From: an uncultured Alphaproteobacteria bacterium
GTDB taxonomy: Bacteria; Pseudomonadota; Alphaproteobacteria; Sphingomonadales; Sphingomonadaceae
Reading direction: 5' to 3'
DNA length: 64,000 nucleotides
Assembly (NCBI GenBank): GCA_963717735.1
Contig: OY970349.1
Location: 1,679,349-1,743,348, forward strand
In this document: positions 49,437-58,840 of the stretch, in pieces
How the letters are laid out: the number at the start of each line of letters is the position of its first letter
Position numbering within the stretch: the first letter of the stretch is position 1
The notes under the pieces: model-generated
Databases searched by the model: none
The model's input: the letters and a program-made list of their open reading frames with translations, nothing else
What the model was told of the DNA's origin: nothing
Translations under genes and position numbers: made by a program

Positions 49437-49991
49437 ATGGCCGAGTCCGGATTTTCCCTGTTCGAAACCCCGATCGGCGCGTGCGGCATCGCCTGGCGCG
49501 GGGACGCGATCGTCGGGCTGCAGCTTCCCGAGGCCGGCGAGGCGGCCGCGCTCGCTCGGCTCCGGCGGCGGTTTCCCGGCCTGGATGAAGCTAAGCCGCC
49601 GCTGGCGGTCCAGGCGGCGATCGCGCGGATCGCGGCCTTCCTCGGCGGCGCGAAGGACGATTTCGGGGACCTGCCGCTCGACCTTGGCGGCGTCGGCGCC
49701 TTCGAGCGGGCCGTCTACGACGCGGCGCGGGCGATCCCGGCCGGCGAAACCCTCACCTACGGCGCCCTGGCCGCCAGGCTCGGCGATCCGGGCCAGGCCC
49801 GCGCGGTCGGCCAGGCGCTCGGCCGCAACCCCTGGCCGATCGTCATCCCCTGCCACCGAGTCACCGCCGCCGACGGCCGCATGGGCGGCTTCTCCGCTCC
49901 GGGCGGGCGGGCGACCAAGCTCAAGCTGCTCGAGATCGAAGGCGCGCTGGCGGCGGAGTCGCTGCCCTTGTTCGGACCGCAAGCTACTTGA
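49437..49991 (+). CDS. Methylated-DNA-protein cysteine methyltransferase (Ogt family)
   Basis: ARAVG.A..RNP..IVIPCHRV. Confidence 0.93.
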   Translation: MAESGFSLFETPIGACGIAWRGDAIVGLQLPEAGEAAALARLRRRFPGLDEAKPPLAVQAAIARIAAFLGGAKDDFGDLPLDLGGVGAFERAVYDAARAIPAGETLTYGALAARLGDPGQARAVGQALGRNPWPIVIPCHRVTAADGRMGGFSAPGGRATKLKLLEIEGALAAESLPLFGPQAT

Positions 49992-50042
49992 CTCCCCCGA
50001 TCGAGAAATGGCCAAGTCGCGGGGCGCGGCGGGGGAAACGGA

Positions 50043-51800
50043 ATGGCACGCAGGCTGGTCATCTGCCTTGACGGCACCGGCAACCAGATCGGCACCAATC
50101 TTTCCAATGTCCTGAAGCTGTACCGCATGCTTGTCCAGGATGAGGAGCAGCTGGCATTTTACGATCCCGGCGTCGGCACGATCGGCACTCCGGGCTGGTG
50201 GAGCCAGCTGAAGCAAAAGGTTCGCGGCTTATTGGGCCTAGCGCTCGGGTTCGGCCTCGACGACAATGTGCTCGACGCTTATTCCTGGCTGTGCCGCAAC
50301 TATCGGGATGGCGACCAGATCTATCTGTTCGGCTTCAGCCGCGGCGCTTATACGGCGCGTGTCCTCGCCGGTTTCATCCATCTGTGCGGGCTGCTCGGGC
50401 CCGACCAGCTCAATCTGTGCGGCTATGCGCTCGTCGCCTACAAGAAGGCGGCCGACACCGGCAACATCGGGACCGGTTTCACCTTCAAGAAAGTCGCTGG
50501 CGCGCGGAGCGTCCCGATCCGCTTCGTCGGCGTCTGGGACACGGTCGCCTCGCTGATCGTTCCGCGCGCGGACCGGCTCTATCTGCCGTCGCTGCAGACG
50601 CTGCCCTACACGCGTCGCAATCCCAGCGTGCGGACCTTCCGCCATGCCATCTCGATGGATGAGCGGCGCCGGATGTATCGGCTCAATCACTGGCAGGATC
50701 CGCAACCATATCAGCCGTTCGGCGAGAAGGCCGATGTCGAGCAGGACATCCGCCAGGTCTGGTTCGCGGGCGTCCATTCGGACATTGGCGGCGGCTATCC
50801 GGAAATCCAGAGCGGCCTTTCCAAATATCCTCTGCGCTGGATGGTGGACGAGGCCGAGCAAGCGGGCCTTGCGATCAGGCCGAGGTTGAAGGCGCTGCTG
50901 ATCGACGGCAAGGGCGGCCGCCCGGACGCCGGCTACGCCTATGTGCCGGCCAACCCGGCCGCCGAGCTTCACCGATCGCTGACCGGACCCTGGTGGCTGC
51001 TCGAGCCGCTGCCCAAATGGTACAGCCTGAAGGAATGGCCGCGGCGCATCGTCTTCCTCCTCTTCTACATTCCCTGGGCCGAGCCCAGGCCGCTTCCGAA
51101 CCGCCCCTGGAAAGGGGTTCCGAGTCCCGACCCGTTCTTCATCCACAGCTCGGCGATCGCGCGGATCGCGCAATGCCCCGATTATCGTCCGGTCAACCTG
51201 CCCGCCGACTATCGGGTGGAGACGGCCGCCGGCCCGCCGCCGCCGCCGATCCCGCCGCCGCCCTACCGCCCGCCCGGAATGCTCGCCCGGCTGCGCGGCC
51301 TCGTCGCCACCTGGCCCAATGGCAAGGGCTGGCTCGGCATGGCCAAAGAGGCGGCCTGGCTGGTGCCTGTGCTCGGCCTGCTCGGCTGGATGGGCGGCTT
51401 CCTCGCCTGGCATCCCGATCTCGGCCCGGACCTCCTCCGGCTCGCCCTGATCGCGATCATCCTGCCGGCGCTGGCCGAGGAGCTGCTGTTCCGCGGAATC
51501 CTCCTGAAGCCGCCGTCGGACGGCGCGACCGGCCTCGGCCCGGCGGCGCTGTCCGCGCTCCTGTTCGCCTTCTGGCACCCGCTCCAGATCTGGCTCTATT
51601 CGCGGCAGACCGAGCTGCCGCCGCCCGACTGGGCGGGCCTCGCCTGGAACTGGTGGTTTCTCGCCGCCTGCGCCGCCCTCGGCTTCGCCTGCGCCCGCCT
51701 CGTTCTCGCCACCCGCTCGATCTGGCCGGCGGTGGCGCTGCACTGGCTGGTGGTGGTGGCGTGGAAGGCCTTGTTCGACGGGCCGGGAGCGCCGTTCTAG
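50043..51800 (+). CDS. DUF2235 (Tle1-like alpha/beta hydrolase) fused to CPBP intramembrane protease
   Basis: CLDGTGN, GFSRG, GVWDTV, VWFAGVHSDIGG; Pro linker; EELLFRG, FAFWH, ALHW. Confidence 0.85.
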   Translation: MARRLVICLDGTGNQIGTNLSNVLKLYRMLVQDEEQLAFYDPGVGTIGTPGWWSQLKQKVRGLLGLALGFGLDDNVLDAYSWLCRNYRDGDQIYLFGFSRGAYTARVLAGFIHLCGLLGPDQLNLCGYALVAYKKAADTGNIGTGFTFKKVAGARSVPIRFVGVWDTVASLIVPRADRLYLPSLQTLPYTRRNPSVRTFRHAISMDERRRMYRLNHWQDPQPYQPFGEKADVEQDIRQVWFAGVHSDIGGGYPEIQSGLSKYPLRWMVDEAEQAGLAIRPRLKALLIDGKGGRPDAGYAYVPANPAAELHRSLTGPWWLLEPLPKWYSLKEWPRRIVFLLFYIPWAEPRPLPNRPWKGVPSPDPFFIHSSAIARIAQCPDYRPVNLPADYRVETAAGPPPPPIPPPPYRPPGMLARLRGLVATWPNGKGWLGMAKEAAWLVPVLGLLGWMGGFLAWHPDLGPDLLRLALIAIILPALAEELLFRGILLKPPSDGATGLGPAALSALLFAFWHPLQIWLYSRQTELPPPDWAGLAWNWWFLAACAALGFACARLVLATRSIWPAVALHWLVVVAWKALFDGPGAPF

Positions 51801-51875
51801 CGGCGCCCTTGCAACCGGCCTCCTTGTGTATTATCTCGATAACACACCGGTCATCACGACCGTGGGAGGACCGAG

Positions 51876-51953
51876 ATGGATATCAGAGCCATACAGCCGC
51901 GCGACTGGATGATCGCGATCGCCGCCTTCATCGCGGGGGCATTCATTTTTTAA
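51876..51953 (+). CDS. 25-aa hydrophobic small protein (not in ORF track)
   Basis: SD GGAGGA; MDIRAIQPRDWMIAIAAFIAGAFIF. Confidence 0.6.
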   Translation: MDIRAIQPRDWMIAIAAFIAGAFIF

Positions 51954-51969
51954 GGACGAGGCCGCGCGC

Positions 51970-53154
51970 TCACGGACACCGCCCCGGATTCGCAGCCGCT
52001 ACCGCTTGGCCGCTCACGGCGATCAGGCGGCTCGACGAAAAAGGCACATTCGCATCGGCTGCCATCGCCGCGCTGTTGGCCGCCAGCTGCGCGGTCCTGG
52101 CCGCCGCGGATTTGGTGTACCGGTCCGGCTGCGAGCTGGTTGAGTCAAGCGCACAATATGCAATGACCGCATTGTGCGCAGCGGCGAGCGAGGTCGCATA
52201 AGCCCCTTGCGACGTGAGTGCGGACCTCTCTTCGGTCTCCCGGGTCGTCGGATCGATCTCGCTCTTTAGCGCGCCTTCTATCGCCGGCCTGGCGCCATTG
52301 AAAACGGTTGCGATGAACGTCAGGAATTCGCGCGTCGGTCGCGTCTCGATGACCGTCGTCGTCACCGTGACCGGGATTGGCTGGTTGGTGGCGCTCGCGA
52401 CGCCGGCCTCCGCCTGGGTCGTCTGGTGGAAGGACGAGAACCAGGCGGCCTCGTAGGGGAATCGCCTCGTTGGCAGATAAGGGGAAAACCAGTCGACCCT
52501 TCCCAATTGCCGCGGCCCGATGAGCAGCACACTCCCCGTCTGCGCCCGCCCCGGCCGGTCGAACTTGACCGTGATCGAAACCTCTCTTTGCCCGCTTGTG
52601 CCACCATCCATCGACCGAACAAAGTTGGTGTAGACCGGGGCGAAAGACAAAGCAGAGGAATCGGCCGAGCTCAGGATCTGAAGCTCGATATAATGGTGCA
52701 GCTCGTAGACCGGCGGGAGGGAGACCGTTGAATCATCGAAGCCCTGATTGGCGTTGAGCGTTTGCGTCACAAAGGCCGAAGACGGCAATGTGACAGGGCG
52801 CGCTTCGCGTTCTGGTGGGACAAACTCGCCGCGAACGATGATCAGGCATTTGGGCGTGGTTCCGCGCGGGACCTCGAAATTCGCGCTGGCGATGCTCGCC
52901 GGCAACGCCCCGCCTTCGCCCGCCCTGGACAAAGCGTTGCCGAAGCCTTCGAGGAGCTTTGAAGCCGCTCCCAGCGCGATCGTCGCGAGGATCGGCGCAA
53001 GCTGCGTTCCCTGCAGGCTAGGGCAGCTGTTATTGCTGATGAACACGCGCGTCTCCGCCGGCTCCCGATAGGTAGTCGGCCTGAAGCCGGCTATGCCGCT
53101 CGCGCACGAGGCGAGTATCAACGGGAACAGCAAAGCCGCTTTGCGAGCACTCAT
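51970..53154 (-). CDS. Hypothetical lipoprotein
   Basis: SD GAGGAGG; lipobox LASC; atypical codon usage. Confidence 0.75.
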   Translation of the reverse strand: MSARKAALLFPLILASCASGIAGFRPTTYREPAETRVFISNNSCPSLQGTQLAPILATIALGAASKLLEGFGNALSRAGEGGALPASIASANFEVPRGTTPKCLIIVRGEFVPPEREARPVTLPSSAFVTQTLNANQGFDDSTVSLPPVYELHHYIELQILSSADSSALSFAPVYTNFVRSMDGGTSGQREVSITVKFDRPGRAQTGSVLLIGPRQLGRVDWFSPYLPTRRFPYEAAWFSSFHQTTQAEAGVASATNQPIPVTVTTTVIETRPTREFLTFIATVFNGARPAIEGALKSEIDPTTRETEERSALTSQGAYATSLAAAHNAVIAYCALDSTSSQPDRYTKSAAARTAQLAANSAAMAADANVPFSSSRLIAVSGQAVAAANPGRCP

Positions 53155-53165
53155 CTTGAACCTCC

Positions 53166-53867
53166 TCAGCCCGTCATCAGGCCATCAATCAGAACTTCCA
53201 GTTCGCCGACCAAGGCGGCGTCCAGCAGCTCGCCGATGCCCAGCAATTTGCCGGCCTCGGGGACGAGCCTCCGCTCGCTGTGAACGGCAACGCACTGCGC
53301 CCTGCTGCCGTCCCAAATGAAAACGGGAGCGCCGCTATCGCCCTCGCTGACGTCGATGTCGTAGCGGAGCACTGCGCCCTTGGGCGTGCAGGCGCCGTGC
53401 CCGGTGCTCTGCCGCTTACTGTTCTCGGGATAGCCGGCCAGTGCGACGCTCAACGTCGGCATGGCGCCGATCGGGAGCGGCCGGATCCTCAGCGGGTCGA
53501 CGAGCAGGACGGCAACGTCGCGCACTCTGTGAACGGCCTTCTTGCCGCGATAGGCCGCTTTGACGCCCTTGTTGAGCGTCGCATCATATCCCAATGAGAT
53601 ATCGAGCCGGTCGTAAATCTGCTTCATATTATGCGCGGCCGTCAGCACCACGCCCGGCGCGGCCAGAAATCCCGACGCGGTGGAAATGGTCTCACCGTCC
53701 TGGATGAAATCGAGGCGGGCAACGGCGGACCAGGGAAACACGGAGGGGTCTGGAACCGTGACGCGCTTCGAAGGCAGGTCGGTAAGCAAGGGGAGGAACT
53801 TCTTGGGAGCATTGACGCTCTCAAACGTCAATTGGACGTCCGCCGCGCTCATCGGGGCGCCCTGCAT
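53166..53867 (-). CDS. Trypsin-like (V8/S1) serine protease
   Basis: FPWSAV, LTAAH, DVAVL, GYP, GDSGAPV catalytic triad. Confidence 0.87.
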   Translation of the reverse strand: MQGAPMSAADVQLTFESVNAPKKFLPLLTDLPSKRVTVPDPSVFPWSAVARLDFIQDGETISTASGFLAAPGVVLTAAHNMKQIYDRLDISLGYDATLNKGVKAAYRGKKAVHRVRDVAVLLVDPLRIRPLPIGAMPTLSVALAGYPENSKRQSTGHGACTPKGAVLRYDIDVSEGDSGAPVFIWDGSRAQCVAVHSERRLVPEAGKLLGIGELLDAALVGELEVLIDGLMTG

Positions 53868-54073
53868 GCAATATCTGGCTTCGGCGCAGGCATGATCGTT
53901 CCCCCGAATCGAACGCTTGACTATAACATTCTGCCTGCGAAATGAAATAGTTCCGGCAAGCGCCGCTCTTTGCGCTGATTTGTCGGGCTCTCGCCGTCAG
54001 CGCGACGCCGCTCGGACGCGCCGATTTCGCGCTTGCGGATGACGGAAGCAGGCTTCATCGCTAGCCTGATCCC

Positions 54074-57000
54074 GTGCCCAACCGCCTCCGCCCCCTCGCC
54101 GTCCTCCAAGGCGACCAGCTCCGCGCCTCGCATCCGCGCGACCATGCCGCGCTTTCCGCCTCGGCCGGCACTGGCAAGACCCACGTCCTCACCGCCCGTG
54201 TCCTTCGTCTCCTCCTCTCGGGCGTCGATCCCGCCTCGATTCTCTGCCTGACCTTCACCAAGGCCGGCGCCGCCGAGATGGCGGAGCGTATCCATGCGCG
54301 CCTCGCGCATTGGGTGCGCTTGAAGGATGCCGATCTCGGCCATGAGCTGGTTGCGCTCGGCGAGGATCCGGGGCCGGAGACGCGGGCCCGGGCGCGGACC
54401 CTGTTCGCGGCGGCGCTCGACGCGGCGGGGGGCGGGCTCAGGGTCCAGACCATCCATGCCTTCGCGCAGGGGCTGCTCGCCGCCTTTCCCTCCGAAGCGG
54501 GGCTGGCGCCGGGCTTCCGGCCGCTCGAAGGGCGCGAGGAGCAGCTGCTGGCGCGCTCGACCCTCGCCGAAATGCTGGTTCGCGCCGAAGGGCAAGGCGA
54601 CCAGCCGCTGATCCGCGACCTCCAGGCGCTGAGCCTGAGGCTCGGCGAGAACGGCGCCGAGCGCTTCCTCAAGGCCTGCGCGCGGGCGCCCGAAGCAATG
54701 GCCGCGCTCGGCCCGCGCGAGGGGGTGGAAGCGCGGCTGCGGCTCGCCTTCGGCCTGCCGCTCGGCGATATCGGCGAGGCCGTTGCGAGCGAGTGCGAAG
54801 CGCTCGATCCCGGCCTCCTCCGGACGCTGGGCGAAGCCAACCGCGCCTGGGGAACCGCGACCGGCCTTTCGGCCTGCGACGCGCTCGACGCCTGGCTCGC
54901 GCGGAGCGGTGCCGGGCGGGCAGCCGCGCTCGGCGACCTGGCCGGGATCGTGCTCACCAGGACCGGGGAACCCCGCAAGGTTTCCGCGGGTCTTCTCAAA
55001 GCCAATCCGGATTACGAGGCCGTCGCGGCGCAGCTTGCCTCATGCTGCGGCCGGCTGCTGCAGATGCAGGCTTTGGCCGGGCTGGTCGCCGCGCTCGCGG
55101 CGGGCCTGCGCGCCGGGCAAAGCTTCGCGCTCGCTTATGGCGCGGCCAAGCGGGCGGTCGGCGCGGTCGATTTCGACGATCTCATCCGCGAGGCCGAGGC
55201 GCTGCTGCTGACCCCGGGCATGGGCGATTGGGTGCGCTTCAAGCTCGACCGGCAGACCGATCATATCCTGGTCGACGAAGCGCAGGACACCAACGAGCGC
55301 CAGTGGAACATCGTGCGCGCTTTGGCCGGCGAGTATTTCGCCGGCGAAGGGGCGTCGCGGCGGCACCGGACGATCTTCACGGTCGGCGACTACAAGCAGG
55401 CGATCTTCGGCTTCCAGGGCACCGACCCGGCGAGCTTCGACGTCGCCCGCGCCTGGTTCAGCCGCGAGGCGAGGGCGATCGAGCGCGACTTCCTCGATCT
55501 GTCGATGGACCGCAGCTTCCGCTCCGCGCCGCCGATCCTCGCGGTCGTCGACCGGGTGATCGGCGATCTCGGCCACGCGGCGCTCGGCCTGCCGCGCCGG
55601 CCCAACCCGCACGAGAGCCACCATGCCGACCGGCCGGGTTCGGTGACGCTCTGGTTCCCCTTCAGCGACGAGGGAGGGGAGGACGAGGATCCAGGCGAGG
55701 AGGGCTGGATCGGCGACGCGACCCGGCGCTACGCGGCGCGGCTGGCGCGACAGGTCAGGGCCTGGCTCGACTCGCCTTTCCACGTCCAGAGCCGGGGCCG
55801 GGCGCTTCGGCCCGACGACATCCTCATCCTGGTCCGGCGGCGCGGAGCGCTCGCCGCTTTGCTGGTGGCGCGGCTCCACGCCGAGGGCGTGCCGGTTGCC
55901 GGCGTCGACCGGCTGCTGCTGTCGGCGCCGCTGGCGGTTCAGGACCTGCTCGCCGCCGCGCGCTTCGCCGCGCAGCCGCTCGACGACCTCAACCTCGCCG
56001 GCCTGCTCGTCTCGCCCTTGGTCGGCTGGACCCAAGAGCAATTGTTCGAGGCCGCATTCCGCCGAAAGGGCGCGCTCTGGCCGCATCTTCGCGCCTCCGC
56101 GCCCGAGGGCCTGCATGCGATCCTCGCCATGGCCGATTATGCGACGCCGCACGCCTTCTTCGAGACGATCCTGTCAGGGCCGCTCGATGGACGGCGCAAG
56201 TTGCTCTCCCGGCTGGGCGCCGAGGCGCGCGACCCGATCGAGGAATTGCTGTCGAGCGCGCTCGAATTCGAGGGCAATGCCTCGGCCTCGCTCCAGGCCT
56301 TCCTCGACTGGTTCGCGCGCGGCGACGTCGAGATCGTCCGCGACCCCTCGCAGCCGCTCGACGCGGTGCGGGTGATGACCGTCCACGGCGCCAAGGGCCT
56401 GCAATCGCCGGTCCTCATCCTCGCCGACGCCTGCGCCGATCCCGACCGGGCCGGGCCGGGCGCCCGCATGGCCGCGCTCGCGCTGGGGGAGGACGGGCCC
56501 ACCGTCCCCACCTTCAGGCCGCGCAAGGACGAGCTGACCGAGCCGCTGAAAGCCGAGCTCGAGCGCCAGGACCGGCTCGACCGCGAGGAGCATTGGCGGC
56601 TGCTCTACGTCGCGCTGACCCGGGCCGAGGAGCGGCTCTACGTCGGCGGCGCGCTGACCCTGCGCGACCGCGAAGGGTCGCCCGAATCCAGCTGGTATCG
56701 CGCGGTCGAAAATGCGGTCTCGGGTCTCGGCTCGGATTGGACGGATGCGGCGCTCTGGGGCCGCGAGATGCGGTTCGGGCCGTTGGAAAGCTCTGCGAGG
56801 GTCATCCCGAAAGCTGCTGAAAGACAACAATTCATTCCTGACTGGCTTCATCGCGCGGCGCCCGAGGAAGAGCGGCCGCCGCGGCCGCTCGCACCGTCGT
56901 CGATCGGCGACGACGATGTCGCAGATCCGCCGCCGGGGCCGGCGCAGCGCGCGGCGGCGCAACGCGGCCGGCTGCTCCACGCCCTGTTCGAGCGGCTGCC

Positions 57001-57457
57001 CGGCGTCGCCCCGCCCGACCGGCGCGCGTCGGCCGCGCGCTGGCTCGAACATTCGGCGGGCGTCGCCGACGCCGCCGTGCGCGCGGCGCTGGCCGAGGAT
57101 GCATGCCGGATCATCGAGGACCCGGACTTCGCCGCCTTGTTCGGCCCCGAAGCGCTCGCCGAGGCTCCGGTGGCGGCGGTGATCGCCGGCGGGACAGTGG
57201 TCGCGGGAACGGTCGACCGGCTGCTGGTCACCAGCGACCGCATCTTCGTCGCTGACTTCAAGACTGGGCGCAACGCGCCGGAAAATCAGGCGAATATCCC
57301 TGCCGCGCATCTTCGGCAAATGGCCGCCTATCGGGCCGCGCTCCGAATCATCTTCCCCGACCGCCGGGTCGAGACCGCCTTGCTCTATACCGCGGCGCCG
57401 GTCCTCCATCCGCTTCCCGACGCCCTGCTCGACGCGCATATGCCGCCGGGCGGTTGA
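54074..57457 (+). CDS. addA: Double-strand break repair helicase/nuclease AddA
   Basis: ASAGTGKT, LVDEAQDT, VGDYKQAI, MTVHGAKGL, YVALTRA, DFKTG. Confidence 0.96.
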   Translation: MPNRLRPLAVLQGDQLRASHPRDHAALSASAGTGKTHVLTARVLRLLLSGVDPASILCLTFTKAGAAEMAERIHARLAHWVRLKDADLGHELVALGEDPGPETRARARTLFAAALDAAGGGLRVQTIHAFAQGLLAAFPSEAGLAPGFRPLEGREEQLLARSTLAEMLVRAEGQGDQPLIRDLQALSLRLGENGAERFLKACARAPEAMAALGPREGVEARLRLAFGLPLGDIGEAVASECEALDPGLLRTLGEANRAWGTATGLSACDALDAWLARSGAGRAAALGDLAGIVLTRTGEPRKVSAGLLKANPDYEAVAAQLASCCGRLLQMQALAGLVAALAAGLRAGQSFALAYGAAKRAVGAVDFDDLIREAEALLLTPGMGDWVRFKLDRQTDHILVDEAQDTNERQWNIVRALAGEYFAGEGASRRHRTIFTVGDYKQAIFGFQGTDPASFDVARAWFSREARAIERDFLDLSMDRSFRSAPPILAVVDRVIGDLGHAALGLPRRPNPHESHHADRPGSVTLWFPFSDEGGEDEDPGEEGWIGDATRRYAARLARQVRAWLDSPFHVQSRGRALRPDDILILVRRRGALAALLVARLHAEGVPVAGVDRLLLSAPLAVQDLLAAARFAAQPLDDLNLAGLLVSPLVGWTQEQLFEAAFRRKGALWPHLRASAPEGLHAILAMADYATPHAFFETILSGPLDGRRKLLSRLGAEARDPIEELLSSALEFEGNASASLQAFLDWFARGDVEIVRDPSQPLDAVRVMTVHGAKGLQSPVLILADACADPDRAGPGARMAALALGEDGPTVPTFRPRKDELTEPLKAELERQDRLDREEHWRLLYVALTRAEERLYVGGALTLRDREGSPESSWYRAVENAVSGLGSDWTDAALWGREMRFGPLESSARVIPKAAERQQFIPDWLHRAAPEEERPPRPLAPSSIGDDDVADPPPGPAQRAAAQRGRLLHALFERLPGVAPPDRRASAARWLEHSAGVADAAVRAALAEDACRIIEDPDFAALFGPEALAEAPVAAVIAGGTVVAGTVDRLLVTSDRIFVADFKTGRNAPENQANIPAAHLRQMAAYRAALRIIFPDRRVETALLYTAAPVLHPLPDALLDAHMPPGG

Positions 57458-57508
57458 GCGGCGCGGCCCGGCACCCTACATCCGCCCCGCACCCGCAGGA
57501 GATTTTCC

Positions 57509-57829
57509 ATGGCCACCATTTCCGTCACCGATTCCTCGTTCCACCAGGACGTGATCAGCGCATCGAAGCCGGTGCTGGTCGATTTTTGGGCGGAGTGGTG
57601 CGGCCCCTGCCGGATGATCGCGCCGGCGCTCGAAGAGCTGAGCGAGGAGCTCGGCGACCGCGTCAGCATCGTCAAGCTCAATATCGACGACAACCCCGAC
57701 GCGCCCACCAAATACGGAGTGCGGGGCATCCCGACCATGATCCTGTTCAAGGACGGCCAGCCCGCCGCCACCAAGATCGGCGCCGAACCCAAGAGCCGGA
57801 TCCAGGCCTGGCTCGAAAGCGCGCTCTAG
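57509..57829 (+). CDS. trxA: Thioredoxin
   Basis: WAEWCGPC; follows addA. Confidence 0.97.
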   Translation: MATISVTDSSFHQDVISASKPVLVDFWAEWCGPCRMIAPALEELSEELGDRVSIVKLNIDDNPDAPTKYGVRGIPTMILFKDGQPAATKIGAEPKSRIQAWLESAL

Positions 57830-57834
57830 GCATC

Positions 57835-57936
57835 GTCATTGCGAGTGTGGACAGGTGCTCCCGGCCCGCCTGCCGGGCACGCGGCACCTGTCCGCCAGCG
57901 GCGAAGCAATCCAGAATGGGCACTGGATTGCTTCGC
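57835..57936. repeat. Degenerate palindromic element, family C (GTCATTGCGAG...CGAAGCAATCCAG...CTGGATTGCTTCG)
   Basis: Inverted repeat GCGAAGCAATCCAG/CTGGATTGCTTCGC plus an internal GACAGGTGC..GCACCTGTC hairpin. Confidence 0.7.
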
Positions 57937-57946
57937 GGCGCTCGGC

Positions 57947-58063
57947 TCAGCCCTCGCCTTGCTCCTTGGTCTGGCCTTCATCCTTCGGGTTCGGATTCTT
58001 GTCGTCCGCCGGCGTTGGGCTCGGCTGCTTGGTGTCTTCGCCCGGCTTTTTCGGTTCCAACAT
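57947..58063 (-). CDS. 38-aa charged, disordered peptide (not in ORF track)
   Basis: SD GAAGGAG; MLEPKKPGEDTKQPSPTPADDKNPNPKDEGQTKEQGEG; TGcTATGAT extended -10 at 58144-58152. Confidence 0.55.
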   Translation of the reverse strand: MLEPKKPGEDTKQPSPTPADDKNPNPKDEGQTKEQGEG

Positions 58064-58294
58064 GCTCTTGCTCCTTCCTCGAACGGTCTTTCGCCCGCGG
58101 CCGGGGCCCGGAATCGACAACCGGGTCCGGACACGGAAGGAAGATCATAGCATAAGTTCCGATAGTGCCCACCGGATTTCGCGCGCGGACGCCCCGGCGA
58201 CTGTCAACCTCGCCGGCAATTCGGGAAGCGGGCTTGCGGCACCCGAACGGATACATTCCGGCGAAATCCGCATCAACGACTCCGCCCCAATTCC

Positions 58295-58840
58295 TCAGCC
58301 GGTCCGGCGCAGAACGAGGATCGACGCCTTGCCGAATCGGCGATCCGCCTCGGCGCGGAGCGTGGCCGGGATCGACAGTTCCTCGCCGTCCGATTCGAGC
58401 GTCACCCAGCCGCCGGGCGCCAGCCACCCGGGGCTCGCGACCCGGTCCAGCGCGATCTGGGCGAGGCCCGCCCGGTAGGGCGGGTCGATGAGGATGATGT
58501 CGCGGGGACGGGCGGGCGGGGCCGAATGCTCGACCGCCCGCGCCCGGACCTCCGCCCGCGCGTCCGCGCCCAGCCTGGCGATGTTGCGCGCCAGCACGTC
58601 GAGCGCCTGCCTGTCCTTCTCGATGAAGAGGCAATGCGCCGCGCCGCGCGACAGCGCTTCGAGGCCGAGCGCGCCGGTGCCCGCGAACAGGTCGGCGGCC
58701 TCGAGCCCCTCGAAGCTGCCGATCCGGCTGGCGAGCATCGAGAACAGGCCCTCGCGGGCGCGGTCGCTGGTCGGGCGGGTGGCTTGGCCCGCCGGCGCCT
58801 CGATCGCCCGGCCGCGCCACTCGCCGGCGATGATCCTCAC
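58295..58840 (-). CDS. rsmD: 16S rRNA m2G966 methyltransferase
   Basis: MRIIAG, RPTSDR.RE, DLFAGTG, DPPY. Confidence 0.95.
   Translation of the reverse strand: MRIIAGEWRGRAIEAPAGQATRPTSDRAREGLFSMLASRIGSFEGLEAADLFAGTGALGLEALSRGAAHCLFIEKDRQALDVLARNIARLGADARAEVRARAVEHSAPPARPRDIILIDPPYRAGLAQIALDRVASPGWLAPGGWVTLESDGEELSIPATLRAEADRRFGKASILVLRRTG

Noticed and set aside
51809-51834. TTGCAA/TATTAT as a sigma70 promoter for the 25-aa ORF
   Set aside because: The spacer is only 14 bp, so it was not called as a promoter.
57839-58150. 103-aa plus-strand ORF with a hydrophobic stretch
   Set aside because: It runs through a palindromic repeat and is the antisense of the better-supported 38-aa ORF.
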